IMG/VR virus record: IMGVR_UViG_3300019458_000616
Location: 7,234-71,233 of that record
DNA: 64,000 bases
Strand: one strand, 5' to 3'
From: a virus
Shown piece after piece: positions 18,472-27,118 of this stretch. The notes under the pieces are model-generated. The model saw nothing but the letters and a program-made list of their open reading frames with translations, ran no database searches and was not told the origin of the DNA. Position numbers and translations under genes: made by a program. How positions within the stretch are numbered: position 1 is the first letter of the stretch; the number at the start of each line of letters is the position of its first letter.

Positions 18472-18773
18472 GGATTAGCGCCCCGGGGCCCGGCCGGCGA
18501 TGGAAGCCGTCTCCGCACGGCCCCGAGCACGGCGTCGCCGTTCAGACCGTCGAGCGCCGGCACGACCTCCGGCTCGAGCTCGTCGTCTTTCTCACGCTGC
18601 AGGACTTCTCGTTCCGGGTCGTCGACCGCGCCGGCGCCGTCCTCCGCGCGGGGACGTACGAGCCCTGGCCCGGCCGATGGGATCTCGTCGTCGAGGCCGG
18701 CCGTCAGGTCTTCGCGCGGCTCCGCGCGGCCACGGACGCGGCGCACCTACGGTCTTCATCGAGGAGGACTTGA
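18468..18773 (+). CDS. Hypothetical protein
   Basis: GTGA overlap. Confidence 0.45.
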   Translation: MRISAPGPGRRWKPSPHGPEHGVAVQTVERRHDLRLELVVFLTLQDFSFRVVDRAGAVLRAGTYEPWPGRWDLVVEAGRQVFARLRAATDAAHLRSSSRRT

Positions 18774-18801
18774 TGCGAGTCTGCCTTGCCGACGTCCCGG
18801 G

Positions 18802-19539
18802 ATGGCTCCCGTTCGTCCTCGACGTCGGGACCCCGGCGCCGCGTCGCCTCCGGCGCCGGTCGATCATGACGAGGCCGTCCTCTGGCGGCGCTATCGCGAA
18901 ACCCGATCGACCGAGGACCGAAACGCGATCGTGTGTCGCTACGTCCGATGTGCCGAGACCGACGCGTTCGTCTACGCGTTCAGGCAAAGGACGATCGCGA
19001 GGTGGGGGCTCCGGGACGAGGACCTCCGGACCTTCGCCTACGAGGCGCTCCTCGACGGCGTCGAGCGGTTCGAGAACGAGCCCCATCGCTTCCGGGCCTT
19101 CCTCGCTCAGCGCATTCGCTGGCGGATCGCCGACGGCCTCCGGCTTGGCGAGTCCGCGTGCCTCGCGTGCTCCTACCGGCGTCACGGACGCCGCCTCCCC
19201 GTCTACGGGAGCCTCGACCAGGTCGCGTTCGTCGACAACGAATCCGGGGATGCCGTCACCTACCTCGAGCTCCTCCCGGCAACCGAAGTCCTCCCTCGCG
19301 ACGACGGTGACGAGGGGTTCGAGGCGCTTCTTGCGCTCGTCGACCGGCCCGTCGATCGAACCATCCTCGACCTCTACTTCCGCCATGGTCTGACGATGCG
19401 GGCCATCGGCTTCGCGGTGGGCATCTCCGAGAGCCGGGTGAGCCAGCGCGTCTCCGCCGCGCTCTTCCGGCTGCGGGCGATCCTCGAGGCCCGGGAAGGC
19501 TCCGGTAGGTGCCTCTCGAGGGCCGTCCTCTCGGGTTAA
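18802..19539 (+). CDS. FliA/WhiG-like sigma-70 factor
   Basis: LWRRYRETRSTEDRNAIV..Y; LDLYFRHGLTMRAIGFAVGISESRVSQ; start uncertain. Confidence 0.82.
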   Translation: MAPVRPRRRDPGAASPPAPVDHDEAVLWRRYRETRSTEDRNAIVCRYVRCAETDAFVYAFRQRTIARWGLRDEDLRTFAYEALLDGVERFENEPHRFRAFLAQRIRWRIADGLRLGESACLACSYRRHGRRLPVYGSLDQVAFVDNESGDAVTYLELLPATEVLPRDDGDEGFEALLALVDRPVDRTILDLYFRHGLTMRAIGFAVGISESRVSQRVSAALFRLRAILEAREGSGRCLSRAVLSG

Positions 19540-19550
19540 GGCGCCTTAAC
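19535..19550. promoter_or_regulatory. Palindrome copy 4 GTTAAG-GCGC-CTTAAC
   Basis: Contains the sigma stop; 21 bp before the TTG start of the second ParB. Confidence 0.85.
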
Positions 19551-19571
19551 CTCGCGTCGAGGAGGGTCGCC

Positions 19572-21170
19572 TTGAAGGTCGAGCCGATCGCCCCCGTTCT
19601 CCTCCATCCGTGCCCGAAGAACCCGCGCGGCGAGATCACCCCCGACTCGGTCGCCGAGCTCCGAGCATCGATCGAGTGCGACGGGCAGAAGCAGCCGTGC
19701 CTCGTCCGGCCCCGCGCCGGCCATCCCGGCGAGTACGAGATCGTCCTGGGCCACCGCCGGGCGAAGGTCGCCGAGCTCCTCGGCCTGGACGCCCTCTGCG
19801 TCGTCGAGGACCTTACGGACGCTCAGGTCGAGGCGCTCGTCATTGCCGAGCACGAGTCGTGGAAGGCCCAGGATCCGTTCCGTCAGGCCGAGGTCGTCGC
19901 CTCCCTCCTCGATCGCCCCGGCTGGAACGTCAAGGCCGTCGCCGACCATCTCTCGAAGCCGATCCGGTGGGTCGCCGCCCGCGCGAACCTCAAGAACCTC
20001 GACGAGTCCGTCCGGGCGCTCGTCGCGAAGAACAAGGCCGGCGCCGGTGACTGGCCCGTCTCCTGGCTCGAGGAGGTCGCGAAGCTCGATCCGGCCTCCC
20101 AGCACGAGCTCGCGAAGGAGCTCTCGAACTCCCACTGGCGGATCGACAGCAAGGACCGGCTCGACCGGCTCCTCGCCGAGAAGCTCCACGTCCTCGGCAA
20201 GGCGCCCTGGAAGCTCGACGACGCGACCCTCCTCCCTCGCGCGGGCCCCTGCGAGACCTGCCCGAAGACGTCGCTCCGGAGCCCCGGCCTCTTCGACGAC
20301 GAGCTCGAGGAGGCCGACGTCCGCAAGGCCGTCTGCCGCGACGGGACCTGCTGGAACGCGAAGCTCGGGGCCCATGTCCTCCTCCAGGTCGAGAAGGCGA
20401 AGGTCGAGAACCCGAAGACGGTCCTCCTCAAGCGTCACGTCCACTCGGCCCGCGAGATCCTCCCGGGTCTCGAGGAGCACGTCGAGAAGGCGGAGGTGGA
20501 GTGGCGCTTCGACAAGGCGAAGAAGGGCGAGAAGGGCGCCGTCCCGGCGATCGTCGTCGTCGGCGACGACGCCGGCCGGAAGGAGTGGGTCCTTCCGAGG
20601 AAGGAGAGCGACTACGGGCGCCCGAGGAAGGAGAAGAAGCCGGCCGCCGAGCGGTCCACGAAGGAGAAGCTCGAGGACTCGAGGGAGCGGATCTCGCGAC
20701 GGCGCATGGCGCATGTCGTTGACGCGGTCCGGACGGCGATCGACGAGGAGAAGGTCGCGGTTCCCGACGCCGAGAAGCTCCGCTCGCTCGTCGCCGTCTA
20801 CGGGGTCCCGCATCCCGAGAAAGCCTGGATCGGCTCCGGCTACGTGGCCGAACGGAAGAAGCTCTGGAAGGCGGTCGCCGACGACGAGTCCGCCTGGGCC
20901 TCCGAGCTCTGGCGGCGGCTCCTCGAGAACCTCGTCGGCTGCCTCCGGCGGTTCAACCCGACGATCCTCGAGAAGGAGCACGAGGAGGCGACCTGGCTCG
21001 CGGGCGTCCTCGGCCTCGACATCGCCGAGCTCGAGGCCGCCGCGCGGAAGGAGATCCCCGATCCGCGATGGTGGGCGGCCGCCGAGACGAAGACCTCCGA
21101 GACGACGGCGAAGAAGAAGAAGCGCGGGAAGAAGGTCGCATCGAAGAAGCGGACGAAGGCGAGGGCCTGA
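19572..21170 (+). CDS. ParB/Spo0J-family protein with HTH and long C-terminus
   Basis: KNPRG..ELRASIECDGQKQPCLVRP..YEIVLGHRRAKVA..DPFRQAE..VKAVADHLSKPIRWVAAR; SD GAGGAGG before TTG. Confidence 0.86.
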   Translation: MKVEPIAPVLLHPCPKNPRGEITPDSVAELRASIECDGQKQPCLVRPRAGHPGEYEIVLGHRRAKVAELLGLDALCVVEDLTDAQVEALVIAEHESWKAQDPFRQAEVVASLLDRPGWNVKAVADHLSKPIRWVAARANLKNLDESVRALVAKNKAGAGDWPVSWLEEVAKLDPASQHELAKELSNSHWRIDSKDRLDRLLAEKLHVLGKAPWKLDDATLLPRAGPCETCPKTSLRSPGLFDDELEEADVRKAVCRDGTCWNAKLGAHVLLQVEKAKVENPKTVLLKRHVHSAREILPGLEEHVEKAEVEWRFDKAKKGEKGAVPAIVVVGDDAGRKEWVLPRKESDYGRPRKEKKPAAERSTKEKLEDSRERISRRRMAHVVDAVRTAIDEEKVAVPDAEKLRSLVAVYGVPHPEKAWIGSGYVAERKKLWKAVADDESAWASELWRRLLENLVGCLRRFNPTILEKEHEEATWLAGVLGLDIAELEAAARKEIPDPRWWAAAETKTSETTAKKKKRGKKVASKKRTKARA

Positions 21171-21173
21171 GCC

Positions 21174-21353
21174 GTGCCCGTCCCTCCGCCTCGCATGTTC
21201 CGGCTCCCGCGCCGACCGCCGCGCGCCGCGAGCCTGCTCCATGCCCTCTTCTGCCTCGCCTGGATCGACTGGCGGTACGGCCTCCTCGAGTCCGCCGAGT
21301 TCGCGCGCCTTCATGCCGTGATCCTCGACCTCAAGCGGTCCCTCGTCTCGTGA
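21174..21353 (+). CDS. Small hypothetical protein
   Basis: 59-codon ORF below the track cutoff; GTGA-coupled. Confidence 0.4.
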   Translation: MPVPPPRMFRLPRRPPRAASLLHALFCLAWIDWRYGLLESAEFARLHAVILDLKRSLVS

Positions 21354-21616
21354 TCGTCGTCCGCTTCGAGCTCTGGCCCGCCGGCTCGCGCGAGCGCGCC
21401 GTCTCGCTCGGCGAGATGCGGATCGCGAACGACCTCTCCGGGTCGCCGACCGTCGGGAACTACGAGGTCCGGATCTCGAAGAGCGCCGTCTACTCGAGGC
21501 GTCCGGGCTCGAGCTGGAGGGATGGCCGGATCGAGGGCTTCCCCCGCCGGTGGCTTGGGCCCTGGGATCCCCTCCTCCGTGCCCTCAAGGCCTGCGGGCT
21601 CGAGTGCCGGCGATGA
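21350..21616 (+). CDS. Phage hypothetical protein
   Basis: IVVRFELWP..LGEMRIAND..GNYEV pattern; coupled both sides. Confidence 0.55.
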   Translation: MIVVRFELWPAGSRERAVSLGEMRIANDLSGSPTVGNYEVRISKSAVYSRRPGSSWRDGRIEGFPRRWLGPWDPLLRALKACGLECRR

Positions 21617-21861
21617 TCCCCGACCGCTTCAACGTCGGGCGGTTCCACGTTGGCCGGACCCTTCTTCGGGTCTCGGCGGTCGGCTGCGTCTCCTGCGGGA
21701 CCCGGCGGGCCGGGGGCTGGACCACGGCGCGGGACGTCGAGGTCACGGTTGCCGGGAAGACAAAGCGGATCGCCCTCCCCCTCTGTGCGGAGTGCCGGGC
21801 CCGGATCGTGATCGAGCCGATCCGGCCGCCGGCGTTCCTTGATCGAGGTCGTCGATCATGA
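21613..21861 (+). CDS. Small zinc-finger-like protein
   Basis: CVSC..CAEC. Confidence 0.5.
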   Translation: MIPDRFNVGRFHVGRTLLRVSAVGCVSCGTRRAGGWTTARDVEVTVAGKTKRIALPLCAECRARIVIEPIRPPAFLDRGRRS

Positions 21862-22196
21862 GCTTCGTGAATGGGTCCTGCCTCGTCGAGCGTCTCCGGC
21901 TCCTCTCCGACGCGGTAGCGGCCGGGAAGGTTCCGGACCCGGAAGATGTTGCCGAGCTCGTCCACGCGGCCCGAGAGGCCGCCGATCTTCTCCAGCGCTT
22001 GGAGGATGATGAGGTCGACCGTGCCGCGAACCTCGCGCCCGGATGCGACCCGGTCGCGGAGGTGGAGCGGTTGCGCGGCCTCGCCTCCGAGGCCCTGCGC
22101 GATCTTCAGGACCTTCCCGGCTCGCCACCCGACCTCGTGTCCGCGCGGGGGTGGCTGATCGGGATCGTCGGGAGCGGCGCGAGGAGGGGGTCGTGA
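21858..22196 (+). CDS. Hypothetical protein
   Basis: ATGA overlap. Confidence 0.5.
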   Translation: MSFVNGSCLVERLRLLSDAVAAGKVPDPEDVAELVHAAREAADLLQRLEDDEVDRAANLAPGCDPVAEVERLRGLASEALRDLQDLPGSPPDLVSARGWLIGIVGSGARRGS

Positions 22197-22705
22197 TGCG
22201 CGCCCTCTCGCTCTGGCAGCCGTGGGCGAGTTTCGTCGATGCCGGGTTGAAGACCGTCGAGACGCGGTCGTGGGGGACCGACTACCGCGGCGAGGTCGCG
22301 ATCCACGCGGCGCATCGCCGCCCGCGGCTCGAGGAGGGGGAGGCGATCCTCCGCGCCGCCGGGCCGAACCTTGGCCTCCGCGTCCTGGATGTGATGGATC
22401 GACCTCCCGCTCTCGGCGCCGTCGTCGCCGTGGCTCGGATTTCGGCCTGCTTCCGTGTCCTGAGCGCGGCCGACTGCGGGCACCGCCTATGGGTCGCGGC
22501 GGCTGCCACGCCCGGAGGGGCGTCGGTTTCGCCGGTCGAAGCCGTTCTGGGCGACCTCTCACCGGGGCGCTTCGCGTGGCTGCTCGCGGACATCCGCCCG
22601 CTACGCGAGCCCCACCCGCTCCGCGGGCGCCAAGGGCTCTGGACGCTCTCGGCCGAGGAGGATCGGGCGATCCGTGCCCTCGCGTCTCCGCGCGGGGGGA
22701 CGTAG
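22196..22705 (+). CDS. ASCH domain protein
   Basis: ALSLWQPWASF..GLKTVETRSW..YRGEVAIHAA; P.RGRQGLW. Confidence 0.82.
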   Translation: MRALSLWQPWASFVDAGLKTVETRSWGTDYRGEVAIHAAHRRPRLEEGEAILRAAGPNLGLRVLDVMDRPPALGAVVAVARISACFRVLSAADCGHRLWVAAAATPGGASVSPVEAVLGDLSPGRFAWLLADIRPLREPHPLRGRQGLWTLSAEEDRAIRALASPRGGT

Positions 22706-22711
22706 AAGGGG

Positions 22712-23524
22712 ATGGACTTCCGCGGACGCCTCCCCGGCTGGGTCGATCGCTGGGGCCCCGCCGCCCTTCGCAAGCGCGAGCTGGAGATCGGCCCCCGTGC
22801 CTTCGCCCAGGGCTACCGGATGCGGCCGTACGCGTCCGAGGAGCTCGCCTTCCCCCACTTCGAGCGGGCCCTCGAGCTCGGCCTCCGCGAGTCGATCCCC
22901 GAGCCGCTCCCGCGCGACTGGGTCCGGTTCGTCGGCGTCGACCTCTCGTCCGCCAAACGTCCGGGCAACGTCGCCTTCGCCGCGGCCGTCGACGCTCATG
23001 GCGTCCGCCGCCCGCTCGACGTCGTGCGGATCAAGGGGAGTTCGCCGGCGGTCGCCCGCGCGATCGGCGGCGTCGTCGAGCGATGGCGACCCCAGGCCGT
23101 CGTCGTCGAGAACAACGGCTACCAGGCGGCGCTCGAGGAGTGGGTCCGTGAGCTCGGCGGCCGGTTCCCCTGGTGGCCGCTCATCGTCCCGTTCCTGACG
23201 GGCTCGAACAAGGCGGACCCGGTGCTCGGGCTCCCCGGCCTCGACGTCGAGTTCGCGAACGGGGCGTGGGTCGTGCCGCGGGAGCTCAACCCGCGGGCGA
23301 ACGGCCACCCGCTCTACTGCGAGTGCGGTCCCTGCGTCTGGGTCGCCGAGACGCTCGCCTACCCTCACGGGCGGGCGACGGACACGGTCATGGCGATGTG
23401 GTTCTGCCGCGAGGGCATCCGGGGCTGGCTCGAGTCCGCCGCCTCGCGCGGCGAGGACGAGCTCGTTGCGCCCCGCCGGCGGGGCGAGTTCTTCGACGGG
23501 ATCCCCGAGGACGAGATCGCATGA
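22712..23524 (+). CDS. Terminase large subunit, RNase H-like nuclease domain only
   Basis: RW..ALRKRELEIGPRAFAQGYRMRP, FVGVDLS, VVVENNGYQ, YPHGRATDTVMA; own purine-rich SD and ATG. Confidence 0.8.
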   Translation: MDFRGRLPGWVDRWGPAALRKRELEIGPRAFAQGYRMRPYASEELAFPHFERALELGLRESIPEPLPRDWVRFVGVDLSSAKRPGNVAFAAAVDAHGVRRPLDVVRIKGSSPAVARAIGGVVERWRPQAVVVENNGYQAALEEWVRELGGRFPWWPLIVPFLTGSNKADPVLGLPGLDVEFANGAWVVPRELNPRANGHPLYCECGPCVWVAETLAYPHGRATDTVMAMWFCREGIRGWLESAASRGEDELVAPRRRGEFFDGIPEDEIA

Positions 23525-23709
23525 GCGAGCGACTCCCCGAGTGCTGGCGCTTCGTGCGGATCTCGTCCGCGGTCCTCTTTGTCGCGCCCGAGGACGGGAA
23601 GCTCCTCATGAACGTTGCTTGGCAGCTCCCGAGCTGCGTCGGTGGCGACGTCGGTGTCGAGATCTGGCCCATCCCGGACGAGGCGCCGAAGGAGCGTGTG
23701 CGTCCGTGA
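23521..23709 (+). CDS. Small hypothetical protein
   Basis: ATGA overlap. Confidence 0.5.
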   Translation: MSERLPECWRFVRISSAVLFVAPEDGKLLMNVAWQLPSCVGGDVGVEIWPIPDEAPKERVRP

Positions 23710-23894
23710 AGGCCTTCGCGGCGGTTGTCGTCCGCGCCGCCCGGGAGCGGGCGCTCCTCGAGGCGGAGGCCCGTCTCCGGACCGCCGCCGTCGACTTCGC
23801 CGAGCGGGGCGAGACCGCGCGTCTCGCGCTCGAGTGGGCCGCCCTCGAGTACGCGAAGGCCTCCAGCGCCCGCCGAGGGGCGGCCGATCCGTAG
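23706..23894 (+). CDS. Small hypothetical protein
   Basis: GTGA overlap. Confidence 0.5.
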   Translation: MKAFAAVVVRAARERALLEAEARLRTAAVDFAERGETARLALEWAALEYAKASSARRGAADP

Positions 23895-23905
23895 TCGGCG
23901 GGCCC

Positions 23906-24365
23906 CTACCTCACCTTGGAGTTCTTGCCGGCGTCTTTGAGCTTGGCGTCGAGCTGGGTCTTCTTCTTCGCGAGCTGGGCGGGCTGAACATAGTAGAAGT
24001 CGAACAACGCCTCAAGGACCGCAAGGTTGGACTCAGCCTCGCGAGGTTCGACGGGGACTATCTGTCCGGTACTCTGGCTCTTCTCGGGATGAGCCGCGAA
24101 GTTCCCGATCACACGGGACTTCCGGCGGACAGGGGCCCCGGCTTGAGGCTTTCGGATAGATCAAGCGAGATGGTCGTCGACTCTTGAAGTAGGGGTTGCC
24201 GTCCATGTCTTCGTCAACGACCCCCGAGAAGAGATAGAGAATCCAGTTCCCGCATTCTGGGCAAAGCGCGTACTCGATCGCGTAGCAGTAACCGTCGCCA
24301 GTTCCATCTAGGAAAGCCGTCTTAGACACGTAGTGAAACGCAACGGTGCAGTGGGGGCACTTCAT
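23906..24365 (-). pseudogene. DUF4145/HEPN-like gene with internal deletion and frameshift
   Basis: MKCPHC..IYPKASSRGPCPPEVP joins out of frame to RVIGNFAAH..EPREAE.NL.VLEALFDFYYVQP near 24115; lower GC; SD GAGGAGG; TATAAT upstream at 24411-24416. Confidence 0.7.
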
Positions 24366-24567
24366 TCTCACGCCTCCTCGCCGTCGTCAAACATCTCTGA
24401 CTCGGGGTCGATTATAGATGCATCCCCTGACATCTCCTGGGCCTACCCTCTCCATGCCCTAGCCCGGCGCGCTCCGGGAGGGCGGGCGGCCGTCCTTCCT
24501 GAGCGAGATTCCCTCCCTCGCGACCCGCGGCCCCTCGCCCTCCCGGGCTCGCCTCGCGGGGTGGCGG

Positions 24568-24583
24568 GTTAACCCTCCTTAAC
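24568..24583. promoter_or_regulatory. Palindrome copy 5 (variant) GTTAAC-CCTC-CTTAAC
   Basis: 27 bp upstream of the portal start. Confidence 0.8.
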
Positions 24584-24610
24584 CTGCCGGCGAGGGACGG
24601 AGAGCGCGAC

Positions 24611-26653
24611 TTGGGGCTCCTCGATCGGGTTCGCCGTGCCTGGGAGGCTTTCCGAGGGGCCTCCGAGGTGACGATCTTCGACCCGTACGCGCTCCCTGAG
24701 GACGACGAGCGCCAATGGGAGCTCCTCTCCTCCGGTTCCCGGCTCATTCCCGAGGGCCGGAAGACGGTCCCCGAGGAGGACCGTGTCGGCGTCCGGCTGA
24801 AGGTCCGGCGGCTCGTCCTCGCGAACGCCCACATGCGCGGCGTCCTCCGGCGCTATGTTTCCTACGTCCTCGGCCGAGGACCCCAGCCGAAGTTCCCCCA
24901 GGGGCCGAAGGAGCTCCGGGACGCCCTCGCCCTCGCCTGGAAGCGGTTCGTCCGGACGGCGAACTGGCGTCGGCGCAAGCGCGAGATCCTCGTCCGGCTC
25001 CTCCGCGACGGCGAGGTCTTCATCCGCCGGTTCTCCGTCGAGCGCGCCGTCGCTCCCGATGGCGGTCCCGAGACGGCGACCGAAGCCCGCGCCGCGCGGA
25101 CGATCCCCTGGAAGGTCCTCGCGCCCCGGTTCATCGATCCCGAGCTGATCAAGGACCCGCAGACCGGGAGCGAGGAGGGCGGGATCGTCACCGAGGAGGG
25201 CGACGTCGAGACGATCCAGAGCTTCAAGAAGGTCAAGGCGTCGAACCCGAAGGAGCTCGACGAGGAGATTCCGGCGACGGATGTCCTCTTCCACGCCTGC
25301 GAGTCCGACCTTTGCGAGAGGCGCGGCGTCTCCCCCTTCGCCTCGATCGTCCCCTACGTCGACCTCTACGGTTCCTGGCTCCGGGACCGGATCGTCCTCT
25401 CGAAGGTCCGCTCCGCGGTCGCGCTCGTCCGGACGTTCGACAAGAAGGAGCAGCAGGTCAAGGCGTTCCTCCAGAAGGAGCAGGACGAGGCGGACGACCA
25501 GCGCGCCAAGTGGGGCGAGACGAAGCCGCATCCGAACGTCGAGGTCCGGCAGAAGAAGTTCCGGCCGGGGACCGTGATCAATGCCGGCCGCGGGGTCGAC
25601 TACAAGTTCATCTCGCCGAACCTCCAGGCCGCGGACGTCCATCACGACGGGCGCGCCATCCTCCTCGCCGTCGCCGCCGGCGCCGGCCTCGCCGAGTTCA
25701 TGGTCTCGGGCGACGGCTCGAACGCGAACTACGCGTCGACCATGGTCACGGAGGGCGTCCCGGTCAAAGAAGTCGAGGACTGGCGCGAGGTCACGTCGGA
25801 CGTCCTCACGCCGCTCTGGGTCTGGGTCGTCGAGGTCGACCGCGAGAACCCGGGATCGAAGATCCCCGCAAGCTACGACCCCTGGGAGGTCGAGTGGGAG
25901 TACCCCCCGATCGTCTCACGGGACCGCGAGAAGGAGGTCCGCTCGAACGTCGCCATGGTCGCCGCCGGGGCGATGAGCCGGCGGACGGCCATGGAGCGCG
26001 ACGGCCTTGATCCCGACACGGAGCTCGAGCGGATCGAGGCGGAAGAGGTCGAAGACCTCGGGCGCGAGGACGAGGAGGACGGGGGCGAAGGAGGCGAAGG
26101 CGACCGTCGCCCTCGCCCGCGTGGTCCGACCCGAGGAGACGACGAGGGCGATGACGAAGAGGCGCGCGAGAGCTTCCTCGAGGACGAGGACCGACGTCCC
26201 ACGCGCATTCGAGAGGAGGACGACGAGCTCGCCGGTCGCGTTGCCGCTCTCGAGGCGGACGCCCGCGTCCGCGCGGCGGCGCCTCCGGCGCCCGCGCCCA
26301 AGATCGAAGCGCATGTCCACGTCCCGAAGCAGGATCCTCCGGTGGCGAACGTCAAGGTCGAGGCGCCCGTGAAGATCGAGAAGGGCGCGATCGAGGTCGA
26401 CGCCCGGACGACGATCGCGGAAGGCGCGGTCAAGGCAACGACGACCGTCGAGGCTCCGGCTCCGGTGCCCGCGCCGCCGCCTTTGCCGCCGTTGCCGGCC
26501 CCGTCGGTCCAGGTCGTCTTCGAGAAGGGCGCGATCCAGAACGATGTCAACGTCCCCGAGCCCCGACCGCGGAAGCTCGACCTCGATGTTCGGGTCGGAC
26601 CCGACGGCTCGGTGACGGGGATCTCCGGGTCGAGCCGACCCGAGGGAGTGTGA
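24611..26653 (+). CDS. Portal protein (lambda-like family) with long C-terminal extension
   Basis: RRLVLANAHMRG..YVLGRG, RRGVSPF, GDGSNANYAS, EWEYP..DREKE. Confidence 0.88.
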   Translation: MGLLDRVRRAWEAFRGASEVTIFDPYALPEDDERQWELLSSGSRLIPEGRKTVPEEDRVGVRLKVRRLVLANAHMRGVLRRYVSYVLGRGPQPKFPQGPKELRDALALAWKRFVRTANWRRRKREILVRLLRDGEVFIRRFSVERAVAPDGGPETATEARAARTIPWKVLAPRFIDPELIKDPQTGSEEGGIVTEEGDVETIQSFKKVKASNPKELDEEIPATDVLFHACESDLCERRGVSPFASIVPYVDLYGSWLRDRIVLSKVRSAVALVRTFDKKEQQVKAFLQKEQDEADDQRAKWGETKPHPNVEVRQKKFRPGTVINAGRGVDYKFISPNLQAADVHHDGRAILLAVAAGAGLAEFMVSGDGSNANYASTMVTEGVPVKEVEDWREVTSDVLTPLWVWVVEVDRENPGSKIPASYDPWEVEWEYPPIVSRDREKEVRSNVAMVAAGAMSRRTAMERDGLDPDTELERIEAEEVEDLGREDEEDGGEGGEGDRRPRPRGPTRGDDEGDDEEARESFLEDEDRRPTRIREEDDELAGRVAALEADARVRAAAPPAPAPKIEAHVHVPKQDPPVANVKVEAPVKIEKGAIEVDARTTIAEGAVKATTTVEAPAPVPAPPPLPPLPAPSVQVVFEKGAIQNDVNVPEPRPRKLDLDVRVGPDGSVTGISGSSRPEGV

Positions 26654-26656
26654 CGC

Positions 26657-27118
26657 GTGGCGAACGCCTGGTACAACCGGGGGAAGAAGCAGGACCTCTC
26701 GGGCGAGATCGACCTCACGAACGACACGATCAAGGTCATGCTCGTCGGGACCGGCTACACGTTCAACGCCGACCACGCGACCGTCGACGACGGCTCCGCG
26801 AACGACCCCCAGAGCCACGAGCTCTCCGGGACCGGCTACGCCGGCGGCTACTCGGGTTCCGGTCGAAAGACGCTCGCCTCGAAGGCGTTCGCCCAGGACG
26901 ACGCTAACGACCGAGGCGAGTTCGACGCCGCGGACCTGACATGGGCGGGGATCAACGCGGGCACGGCGAAGGCCGCGATCGTGTTCAAGAACGGGGCCGC
27001 GGACGACACGACCAGCCAGTTGATCGCCTACATCGACACCGGTGGATTCCCGATTGCGACGAACGGCGGCGACTTGACGATCCAGTGGAACGCGGAGGGG
27101 ATCCTCCACCTCTCGTGA
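26657..27118 (+). CDS. Phage virion structural protein
   Basis: DLTNDTIKVML..ELSGTGY.AGG..FDAADLTW..LIAYID..TNGGDLTIQWNA.GI pattern typical of phage structural proteins. Confidence 0.72.
   Translation: MANAWYNRGKKQDLSGEIDLTNDTIKVMLVGTGYTFNADHATVDDGSANDPQSHELSGTGYAGGYSGSGRKTLASKAFAQDDANDRGEFDAADLTWAGINAGTAKAAIVFKNGAADDTTSQLIAYIDTGGFPIATNGGDLTIQWNAEGILHLS

Noticed and set aside
11817-19505. Repeated CCGG(G)AAGGCTCCGG at 11817, 17384 and 19491 (partial at 1428)
   Set aside because: GC-rich, two copies are within coding sequence and spacing to other features is inconsistent; could be chance
14500-22800. Split intein or self-splicing intron joining the TerL halves
   Set aside because: No intein N-block after the ATPase, no His-Asn/Cys-Ser-Thr junction before the nuclease, and no group I/II intron ends recognised
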